A stretch of DNA of 64,000 nt, from assembly GCA_032718475.1 (NCBI GenBank), contig JAUCBJ010009072.1, forward strand, positions 26,606 to 90,605. The letters run 5' to 3'. A model generated the notes under the pieces. It saw only the letters and a list, made by a program, of their open reading frames with translations, searched no databases and had not been told where the DNA came from. Source of the stretch: Nemertoderma westbladi (lineage: Eukaryota > Animalia > Xenacoelomorpha). The translations under genes were made by a program, and so were the position numbers. Of this stretch, positions 12,403 through 23,281 are shown one piece after another. Numbering within the stretch: the stretch's first letter is position 1; each line of letters begins with the position of its first letter.

Positions 12403-12689
12403 GGACGCCTTGTTGTTTGTAGTGGTTATATTGAAATCAGATCTCTCAAAAGGTCGTGGGTTCGATCCCCGCATGGGGCCAGGGTAGTTTTCGTCTTGGC
12501 ACGGATGCTCTGAAGGGACCAGCCAGGGCGCATCTCTGACTTACATCCATAAATAATAGCTAAATGAGTACAGGAGTTTCCTCTGGGGTGTACAGTTCTG
12601 GGGGGACTATACCTGGAAATAAGTCGTCAGACTTCGTGGGTAATCCCTGGCCAAGCGGCCGAAGAAAACTTTTACTTTTTTTACTTTTT
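12403..12689 (+). mobile_element. tRNA-derived SINE, copy 1
   Basis: B box GGTTCGATCC at about 12459, central CATCC...TAAATGAGTAC block and an (ACTTT)n tail; homologous to 31386-31680 and 13040-13175. Confidence 0.8.
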
Positions 12690-13039
12690 GTACATCCCTT
12701 AATCATAAATATTTTCGAAATATTAAACTAATTAAGCCTAATACCCTATTTAAAACAGCTTTGGTAAATCCAATCGATACAATCACATTCTATGTCAATC
12801 TACTTAGAAACAATACCACAAACATGAGTTTAGTTGATATTATAGGAGTTGGTACAAGTGAAGCTGATAGTGATGAACCAGATTTAGAGTTTCAAAGATT
12901 CGATTTTGGTGAAAGAACATTAATAATAAGTAAATATGGTTAATGTTAAATTGTCATTTATACTGTAGTTATTTATAATTCAAACTCTGTAGTTAGTTAA
13001 ATTTTAAATTAGTTGTTTTTAATATTTTGTATTGATTAT

Positions 13040-13175
13040 CTATGCCTTGCATCCATAAGTGGTAGATAAATGAGTACTGGAGTTTGCTCTGGGGAGTATA
13101 GTCCTGGGGGGACTATACCTGGAAATAAGTCGTCAGACTTTGTGGGTAATCCTTGGCCAAAGATATCTTTACTTT
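13040..13175 (+). mobile_element. 5'-truncated copy of the same SINE
   Basis: TAAATGAGTACTGGAGTTT...GGAAATAAGTCGTCAGACTT...TTTTACTTTAC is shared with the other copies. Confidence 0.75.
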
Positions 13176-13382
13176 ACGTCGTAACTATTGATCCTTACAC
13201 ACGCCCTATTCGCTCATTGGCTGGCATGGAAACGGAGGGAAATTCAATTTAAATTGTATATCAATGATTTGTTCTTTGTTTGCAAACTTACAAACATTAT
13301 TCACTACTCGCCGCATTCAGTAGCCTATGTATCGGGTCTGCCCATCCAAATTGTAATTTAATTTTTGTTAAATCGAATAAAT

Positions 13383-14368
13383 ATGGCTGAATTAATAAAA
13401 CTTCATTTTGGAGCTTCGATCCCTTCGGTTGGATTAGGTACGTTGAAGATCGCGGCTGGAGAGGTTGGGAGGGCAGTAGCAACTGCGATAGAGTTGGGCT
13501 ACCGGCATATCGATTGCGCTTACTCGTACCGCAACGAGAAGCAGGGGAGGTTCTGAACGACGTGTTTAACGACCCCTTCAAGGGCGTCTCCAGAGTCGAC
13601 ATGTTCCTCACGTCGAAACTCTGGAACAGTCACCATCACCCAGGCGACGTCGAGGAATACTGCAAGAGGAGCATCTCGAATCTGCGAAGCGATTACATCG
13701 ATCTGTACCTGATGCACTGGCCGATGGCGTATAAACGAGGAGACGTTATCTTCCCGAAAGCGCCAGACGGTACAGTAGAAGGACTAGACGTAGATTACTT
13801 AGTTACCTATAAGGCGATGGAGGAGCTTGTAGATAAAGGTTTCTGTAAACACATCGGAGTCAGTAATTTCAATTTACAACAGTTGAAACGAGTCGTGGAA
13901 AATTCGAGAATTAAGCCGAGCGCGTTGCAGGTTGAATGCCATCCGTACCTGAACCAATCGGAGCTGCTGACGTACTGCCAGTCCCAGGGGATCGTACTGG
14001 AGGCCTACTCACCATTGGGCAGCCCAGACAGACCGGGGGCGGGGGACTCTACCGATGACGTCACGCCCTTACTGAAACATCCCGATATAGCGAGTTTAGC
14101 TGCTTGGATAGGGAGGAGTGTGGCCCAGGTGCTAATCCGGTTCCAAGTGCAGCGAGGAGTGGTGGTGCTCCCCAAATCGGTTAACCCCGATAGACTCAAG
14201 GAGAATGTCAATGTATTCGACTTTGAACTCGATGAGGAAGCTATGACGACACTGATGGGACTGCATTGTAACAGAAGGTACATTCTACCGAGATTCAAGA
14301 ATTCCCAAGGCGTCTTTGTCAATAGAGACACAGGACGCAAATATTACCCCTTCCAAGGTGATAACTAA
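13383..14368 (+). pseudogene. Intronless aldo-keto reductase (AKR1/aldose-reductase-like) with one frameshift at about 13543, nested antisense in an intron
   Basis: MAELIKL...[52 protein letters not shown] and VVLPKSV motifs; the D/Y/K/H catalytic tetrad is present. Two overlapping ORFs join at NEK/GEVL. AATAAA lies at about 14423 and 14439. Confidence 0.9.
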
Positions 14369-15451
14369 ATCCCTTGTAGTCTAACAGACAGAGAGAGTGT
14401 GCGTGGTAGTCATATGTTCCAAAATAAAGGTTACTAACAATAAAGACATGGTACCTTATTGGTTGTTTTATTACTTAGAGCCGGGTGTTATAGCCACCTA
14501 AAAGTTGCTAATTTAATATATTTTGGAATATTTAATGTGATATCTCATCGATGTGTTGTTTACATGTTACTAAAACACACGTTTGATGGCAAACAAATGG
14601 CGATATATTATTATTTTTATCGTACACCATTTCGCAATGTTGTGCGTTATAAATTATAAATTAAATAACTCCGGCAAATAAATTGAAATTCAGTAATTTA
14701 CGGGAAATACTGGGTGAAAACACAGAAAAGTTGCCAAATTGGAGACATTTTTTAGCAAAAAATAAAGTTTCTCAAAACTCAACATATGATATATATTCTG
14801 ATAGCTCAGAGTCTGTAGAATTCAGTGAGAGTATTGGCCGACCTTAAATATGATCTGTAAAAAAAAATATACTGCTTTTCCCTTCCTGTCCACCGCCTGT
14901 AACCATTATTTTAATATGATAATTGGTTACAGGCGTGGGAAATTTGTCGTCCTGTAACCTTCCATGTAAATGTAATGAGAGCCTGGTTACAGGCGGTTAC
15001 AGGTGGGGGGACAATTTATGGTATGCAATAGTTTACACAGGCGATGGAATTATAGGAGGGTACGTTGTATTATATATCATTAGAAAACTTGCCTGGCGGG
15101 TGATCTAAATATGATCATGGTTCCTAGTATCTAGATCAAACAAATTTGCTTTTAGCAGATCTGCGTTTGCATACGATGGTTACAGGGATGGACATTTATG
15201 GTCGGACACCCATGTTTGGAGATACTTATCACCTGTAACTTCAAAGCTATTAAATGAATTTGATTAATTTTTTTTCCATAATTCTGCTGCATAAATTATT
15301 GCTGTGATTTCAAATATAATTAATTCAAACGTTAAAAAGTAAAGTACCTCACAATAATCTTGGAGGACAATTTTTAGCTATAAATTAAAAAACAGACTTT
15401 GGTGGCTCATCAAGTGCCGTGTATCTATGTAATCATGTTCGTGAGTACAAT

Positions 15452-16950
15452 TTTTACACCCCTTCCCGGATCCAGTATCAATTTGTAATTAACCTGAATC
15501 CGCGTTTTACACCCCTTCCCGGATCCAGTGACATTTTGAAATTAACCTGAATCCGCGTTTTACACCCCTTCCCGGATCCAGTATCACTTTGTAATTAACC
15601 TGAATCCGCGTTTTACACCCCTTCCCGGATCCAGTATCACTATGTAATTAACCTGAATCCGCGTTTTACACCCCTTCCCGGATCCAGTGACATTTTGAAA
15701 TTAACCTGAATCCGTGTTTTACACCCCTTCCCGGATCCAGTATCACTTTGTAATTAACCTGAATCCGCGTTTTACACCCCTTCCCGGATCCAGTATCACT
15801 TTGTAATTAACCTGAATCCGCGTTTTACACCCCTACCCGGATCCAGTGACATTTTGAAATTAACCTGAATCCGTGTTTTACACCCCTTCCCGGATCCAGT
15901 ATCACTTTGTAATTAACCTGAATCCGCGTTTTACACCCCTTCCCGGATCCAATAACACTTTGTAATTAACCTGAATCCGTGTTTTACACCCCTTCCCGGA
16001 TCCAGTATCACTTTGTAATTAACCTGAATCCGCGTTTTACACCCATTCCCGGATCCAATAACACTTTGTAATTAACCTGAATCCGCGTTTTACACCCCTT
16101 CCCGGATCCAGTATCACTATGTAATTAACCTGAATCCGCGTTTTACACCCCTTCCCGGATCCAGTGACATTTTGAAATTAACCTGAATCCGTGTTTTACA
16201 CCCCTTCCCGGATCCAGTATCACTTTGTAATTAACCTGAATCCGCGTTTTACACCCCTTCCCGGATCCAGTATCACTTTGTAATTAACCTGAATCCGCGT
16301 TTTACACCCCTACCCAGATCCAGTGACATTTTGAAATTAACCTGAATCCGTGTTTTACACCCCTTCCCGGATCCAGTATCACTTTGTAATTAACCTGAAT
16401 CCGCGTTTTACACCCCTTCCCGGATCCAATAACACTTTGTAATTAACCTGAATCCGTGTTTTACACCCCTTCCCGGATCCAGTATCACTTTGTAATTAAC
16501 CTGAATCCGCGTTTTACACCCATTCCCGGATCCAATAACACTTTGTAATTAACCTGAATCCGCGTTTTACACCCCTTCCCGGATCCAGTGACATTTTGAA
16601 ATTAACCTGAATCCGCGTTTTACTCCCCTTCCCGGATCAGATAACACTTTGTAATAAACATGAATCCGTATTTTACACCCAATCCCGGATTCAGTAGAAA
16701 TATGAATCCGCGTTTTACACTCCGTTCAGGATTTAGCCTAAAACATGAATTCGCGCTTTACACTCCTTTCCGGATCTGAAAAAAAAGCCAATCCGCGTTT
16801 TACACTCGGTTACGGATTCGGTAAATTTAGCAGTGCGCGGATCCGCAGATTACACCCTAAAAATGTAAATTCAGTCGACTTCCATAGGGACAATGTTAAA
16901 TGATAGAATCCGGATCCTGATCCGGATCCGCGTTTTACTCTGACCCCAAA
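15452..16950. repeat. 53-bp tandem repeat (TTTTACACCCCTTCCCGGATCCAGTATCACTTTGTAATTAACCTGAATCCGCG), about 23 good and 5 decayed copies
   Basis: Period of 53 measured from starts at 15452, 15505 and 15558; a 9-unit (477-bp) higher-order duplication is visible. Confidence 0.97.
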
Positions 16951-17070
16951 CAAACCAGTGATTTTATTGAAAATTTGAATTATTGTTGGAAAATGACGAA
17001 ACAAAACTCTCGCTGGAATTTTTCACGTAATCGACCATGCTGATTCCAGGAAGCTGGTCACAAGTACTGC

Positions 17071-20000
17071 ATGTACTTTTCTTTACTCACCTTCCCGACC
17101 CCCCATCCAGTAGTTCCCTAGATGTACTTTACTTTACTCACCTTCCCGACCCCCCATCCAGTAGTTCCCTAGATGTACTTTTCTTTACTCACCTTCCCGA
17201 CCCATCCAGTAGTTCCCTAGATGTACTTTTCTTTACTCACCTTCCCGACCCCCCATCCAGTAGTTCCCTAGATGTACTTTTCTTTACTCACCTTCCCGAC
17301 CCATCCAGTAGTTCCCTAGATGTACTTTTCTTTACTCACCTTCCCGACCCCCCATCCAGTAGTTCCCTAGATGTACTTTTCTTTACTCACCTTCCCGACC
17401 CATCCAGTAGTTCCCTAGATGTACTTTTCTTTACTCACCTTCCCGACCCTCCATCCAGTAGTTCCCTAGATGTACTTTTCTTTACTCACCTTCCCGACCC
17501 CCCATCCAGTAGTTCCCTAGATGTACTTTTCTTTACTCACCTTCCCGACCCATCCAGTAGTTCCCTAGATGTACTTTTCTTTACTCACCTTCCCGACCCT
17601 CCATCCAGTAGTTCCCTAGATGTACTTTTCTTTACTCACCTTCTCGACCCTCCATCCAGTAGTTCCCTAGATGTACTTTTCTTTACTCACCTTCCCGACC
17701 CATCCAGTAGTTCCCTAGATGTACTTTTCTTTACTCACCTTCCCGACCCTCCATCCAGTAGTTCCCTAGATGTACTTTTCTTTACTCACCTTCCCGACCC
17801 CCCATCCAGTAGTTCACTAGATGTACTTTTCTTTACTCACCTTCCCGACCCTCCATCCAGTAGTTCCCTAGATGTACTTTTCTTTACTCACCTTCCCGAC
17901 CCTCCATCCAGTAGTTCCCTAGATGTACTTTTCTTTACTCACCTTCCCGACCCTCCATCCAGTAGTTCCCTAGATGTACTTTTCTTTACTCACCTTCCCG
18001 ACCCTCCATCCAGTAGTTCCCTAGATGTACTTTTCTTTACTCACCTTCCCGACCCATCCAGTAGTTCCCTAGATGTACTTTTCTTTACTCACCTTCCCGA
18101 CCCCCCATCCAGTAGTTCCCTAGATGTACTTTTCTTTACTCACCTTCCCGACCCTCCATCCAGTAGTTCCCTAGATGTACTTTTCTTTACTCACCTTCCC
18201 GACCCATCCAGTAGTTCCCTAGATGTACTTTTCTTTACTCACCTTCCCGACCCCCCATCCAGTAGTTCCCTAGATGTACTTTTCTTTACTCACCTTCCCG
18301 ACCCTCCATCCAGTAGTTCCCTAGATGTACTTTTCTTTACTCACCTTCCCGACCCCCCATCCAGTAGTTCCCTAGATGTACTTTTCTTTACTCACCTTCC
18401 CGACCCCCATCCAGTAGTTCCCTAAGATGTACTTTTCTTTACTCACCTTCCCGACCCCCCATCCAGTAGTTCCCTAGATGTACTTTTCTTTACTCACCTT
18501 CCCGACCCTCCATCCAGTAGTTCCCTAGATGTACTTTTCTTTACTCACCTTCCCGACCCCCCATCCAGTAGTTCCCTAGATGTACTTTTCTTTACTCACC
18601 TTCCCGACCCCCCATCCAGTAGTTCCCTAGATGTACTTTTCTTTACCCACCTTCCCGACCCTCCATCCAGTAGTTCCCTAGATGTACTTTTCTTTACTCA
18701 CCTTCCCGACCCTCCATCCAGTAGTTCCCTAGATGTACTTTTCTTTACTCACCTTCCCGACCCATCCAGTAGTTCCCTAGATGTACTTTTCTTTACTCAC
18801 CTTCCCGACCCATCCAGTAGTTCCCTAGATGTACTTTTCTTTACTCACCTTTCCGACCCCCATCCAGTAGTTCACTAGATGTACTTTTCTTTACTCACCT
18901 TCCCGACCCTCCATCCAGTAGTTCCCTAGATGTACTTTTCTTTACTCACCTTCCCGACCCTCCATCCAGTAGTTCCCTAGATGTACTTTTCTTTACTCAC
19001 CTTCCCGACCCCATCCAGTAGTTCCCTAGATGTACTTTTCTTTACTCACCTTCCCGACCCCCATCCAGTAGTTCCCTAGATGTACTTTTCTTTACTCACC
19101 TTCCCGACCCTCCATCCAGTAGTTCCCTAGATGTACTTTTCTTTACTCACCTTCCCGACCCTCCATCCAGTAGTTCCCTAGATGTACTTTTCTTTACTCA
19201 CCTTCCCGACCCTCCATCCAGTAGTTCCCTAAGATGTACTTTTCTTTACTCACCTTCCCGACCCTCCATCCAGTAGTTCCCTAGATGTACTTTTCTTTAC
19301 TCACCTTCCCGACCCATCCAGTAGTTCCCTAGATGTACTTTTCTTTACTCACCTTCCCGACCCCCCATCCAGTAGTTCCCTAGATGTACTTTTCTTTACT
19401 CACCTTCCCGACCCTCCATCCAGTAGTTCCCTAGATGTACTTTTCTTTACTCACCTTCCCGACCCCCCATCCAGTAGTTCCCTAGATGTACTTTTCTTTA
19501 CTCACCTTTCCGACCCCCATCCAGTAGTTCCCTAAGATGTACTTTTCTTTACTCACCTTCCCGACCCCCCATCCAGTAGTTCCCTAGATGTACTTTTCTT
19601 TACTCACCTTCCCGACCCTCCATCCAGTAGTTCCCTAGATGTACTTTTCTTCACTCACCTTCCCGACCCTCCATCCAGTAGTTCCCTAGATGTACTTTTC
19701 TTTACTCACCTTTCCGACCCCCCATCCAGTAGTTCCCTAGATGTACTTTTCTTTACTCACCTTCCCGACCCCCCATCCAGTAGTTCCCTAGATGTACTTT
19801 TCTTTACCCACCTTTCCGACCCTCCATCCAGTAGTTCCCTAGATGTACTTTTCTTTACTCACCTTCCCGACCCTCCATCCAGTAGTTCCCTAGATGTACT
19901 TTTCTTTACTCACCTTCCCGACCCCATCCAGTAGTTCCCTAGATGTACTTTTCTTTACTCACCTTCCCGACCCATCCAGTAGTTCCCTAGATGTACTTTT

Positions 20001-22980
20001 CTTTACTCACCTTTCCGACCCCCATCCTTTAGTTCACTAGATGTACTTTTCTTTACTCACCTTCCCGACCCATCCAGTAGTTCCCTAGATGTACTTTTCT
20101 TTACTCACCTTTCCGACCCCCATCCAGTAGTTCCCTAGATGTACTTTTCTTTACTCACCTTCCCGACCCTCCATCCAGTAGTTCCCTAAGATGTACTTTT
20201 CTTTACTCACCTTCCCGACCCTCCATCCAGTAGTTCCCTAGATGTACTTTTCTTTACTCACCTTCCCGTCCCCCCATCCAGTAGTTCCCTAGATGTACTT
20301 TTCTTTACTCACCTTCCCGACCCTCCATCCAGTAGTTCCCTATAGATGTACTTTTCTTTACTCACCTTCCCGACCCATCCAGTAGTTCCCTAGACGTACT
20401 TTTCTTTACTCACCTTCCCGACCCATCCAGTAGTTCCCTTAGATGTACTTTTCTTTACTCACCTTCCCGACCCCCCATCCAGTAGTTCCCTAGATGCACT
20501 TTTCTTTACTCACCTTCCCGACCCCCCATCCAGTAGTTCCCTAGATGTACTTTTCTTTACTCACCTTCCCGACCCTCCATCCAGTAGTTCCCTAGATGTA
20601 CTTTTCTTTACTCACCTTCCCGACCCTCCATCCAGTAGTTCCCTAGATGTACTTTTCTTTACTCACCTTCCCGACCCTCCATCCAGTAGTTCCCTAGATG
20701 TACTTTTCTTTACTCACCTTCCCGACCCTCCATCCAGTAGTTCCCTAGATGTACTTTTCTTTAATCACCTTCCCGACCCATCCAGTAGTTCCCTAGATGT
20801 ACTTTTCTTTACTAACCTTCCCGACCCTCCATCCAGTAGTTCCCTAGATGTACTTTTCTTTACTCACCTTCCCGACCCTCCATCCAGTAGTTACCTAGAT
20901 GTACTTTTCTTTACTCACCTTCCCGACCCTCCATCCAGTAGTTCCCTAGATGTACTTTTCTTTACTCACCTTCCCGACCCCCCATCCAGTAGTTCCCTAG
21001 ATGTACTTTTCTTTACTCACCATCTCGACCCCCCATCCAGTAGTTCCCTAGATGTACTTTTCTTTACTCACCTTCCCGACCCTCCATCCAGTAGTTCCCT
21101 AGATGTACTTTTCTTTACTCACCTTCCCGACCCCCCATCCAGTAGTTCCCTAGATGTACTTTTCTTTACTCACCTTCCCGACCCCCCATCCAGTAGTTCC
21201 CTAGATGTACTTTTCTTTACTCACCTTCCCGACCCATCCAGTAGTTCCCTAGATGTACTTTTCTTTACTCACCTTCCCGACCCCCCATCCAGTAGTTCCC
21301 TAGATGTACTTTTCTTTACTCACCTTCCCGACCCTCCATCCAGTAGTTCCCTAGATGTACTTTTCTTTACTCACCTTCCCGACCCTCCATCCAGTAGTTC
21401 CCTAGATGTACTTTTCTTTACTCACCTTCCCGACCCATCCAGTAGTTCCCTAGATGTACTTTTCTTTACTCACCTTCCCGACCCCCATCCAGTAGTTCAC
21501 TAGATGTACTTTTCTTTACTCACTTTTCCGACCCCCCATCCAGTAGTTCCCTAGATGTACTTTTCTTTACTCACCTTCCCGACCCATCCAGTAGTTCCCT
21601 AGATGTACTTTTCTTTACTCACCTTTCCGACCCTCCATCCAGTAGTTCCCTAGATGTACTTTTCTTTACTCACCTTTCCGACCCCCCATCCAGTAGTTCC
21701 CTAGATGTACTTTTCTTTACTCACCTTTCCGACCCCCCATCAAGTAGTTCCCTAGATGTACTTTTCTTTACTCACCTTCCCGACCCATCCAGTAGTTCCC
21801 TAGATGTACTTTTCTTTACTCACCTTTCCGACCCTCCATCCAGTAGTTCCCTAGATGTACTTTTCTTTACTCACCTTTCCGACCCCCCATCCAGTAGTTT
21901 CCTAGATGTACTTTTCTTTACTCACCTTTCCGACCCCCCATCCAGTAGTTCCCTAGATGTACTTTTCTTTACTCACCTTCTCGACCCTCCATCCAGTAGT
22001 TCCCTAGATGTACTTTTCTTTACTCACCTTCCCGACCCATCCAGTAGTTCCCTAGATGTACTTTTCTTTACTCACCTTCCCGACCCCCCATCCAGTAGTT
22101 CCCTAGATGTACTTTTCTTTACTCACCTTTCCGACCCCCCATCCAGTAGTTTCCTAGATGTACTTTTCTTTACTCACCTTTCCGACCCCCCATCCAGTAG
22201 TTCCCTAGATGTACTTTTCTTTACTCACCTTCCCGACCCCCCATCCAGTAGTTTCCTAGATGTACTTTTCTTTACTCACCTTTCCGACCCCCCATCCAGT
22301 AGTTCCCTAGATGTACTTTTCTTTACTCACCTTCCCGACCCTCCATCCATTAGTTTCCTAGATGTACTTTTCTTTACTCACCTTTCCGACCCCCCATCCA
22401 GTAGTTTCCTAGATGTACTTTTCTTTACTCACCTTCCCGACCCTCCATCCAGTAGTTCCCTAGATGTACTTTTCTTTACTCACCTTCCCGACCCCCCATC
22501 CAGTAGTTCCCTAGATGTACTTTTCTTTACTCACCTTCCCGACCCCCCATCCAGTAGTTCCCTAGATGTACTTTTCTTTACTCACCTTCCCGACCCCCCA
22601 TCCAGTAGTTCCCTAGATGTACTTTTCTTTACTCACCTTCCCGACCCCCCATCCAGTAGTTCCCTAGATGTACTTTTCTTTACTCACCTTTCCGACCCCC
22701 CATCCAGTAGTTCCCTAGATGTACTTTTCTTTACTCACCTTCCCGACCCCCCATCCAGTAGTTCCCTAGATGTACTTTTCTTTACTCACCTTCCCGACCC
22801 CCCATCCAGTAGTTCCCTAGATGTACTTTTCTTTACTCACCTTCCCGACCCCCCATCCAGTAGTTCCCTAGATGTACTTTTCTTTACTCACCTTCCCGAC
22901 CCCCCATCCAGTAGTTCCCTAGATGTACTTTTCTTTACTCACCTTTCCGACCCCCCATCCAGCAGTTCCCTAGATGTACT
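17071..22980. repeat. 51-bp (48-53-bp variants) tandem repeat, about 117 copies, derived from an exon/5' splice-site junction
   Basis: Unit ATGTACTTTTCTTTACTCACCTTCCCGACCCYCCATCCAGTAGTTCCCTAG; the last copy overlaps exon 22943-23077. Confidence 0.98.
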
Positions 22981-23077
22981 CCGACGTCGTATATGTCTCG
23001 TTCTGGGTTCATTGTGGCCATCAACATAACCCGGATCGTCAACATCATATGAGAAACTCCTTCGCCGTTCTCGCGAT
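22943..23077 (-). CDS. SLAIN-like gene exon (SRERRRSFSYDVDDPGYVDGHNEPRTRHIRRRSTSRELLDGGSE)
   Basis: ATTGATTTAG| acceptor and AAG|GTGAGT donor; 135 nt, symmetric phase 2, matching both neighbours. Confidence 0.75.
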
Positions 23078-23110
23078 CTAAATCAATGATAAAATTCGAA
23101 TATTACTAAC

Positions 23111-23137
23111 ATCTTCTTTACACCAGTACTCTTGAAT
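23111..23137 (-). CDS. Possible 27-nt microexon (FKSTGVKK)
   Basis: GATTACAG| acceptor and |GTTAGT donor; symmetric phase 2; would need a 33-nt downstream intron. Confidence 0.35.
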
Positions 23138-23281
23138 CTGTAATCTTAATCAAACTGATTAAACACTACCCCAAGTTAAGTGGCAAGTTAAGAGAACTAG
23201 CTAATAGGGTGTACGGGAACAATTAAATAGAATGTTCCAGCAAGATAATGCTGACTTTTATTGGTGCACCACACAGGTTCA

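Noticed and set aside
17037-18425. 462-aa plus-strand ORF (LDVLFFTHLPDPPSSSS)n
   Set aside because: It is the antisense reading of the 51/48-bp satellite and is broken by indel units further on.
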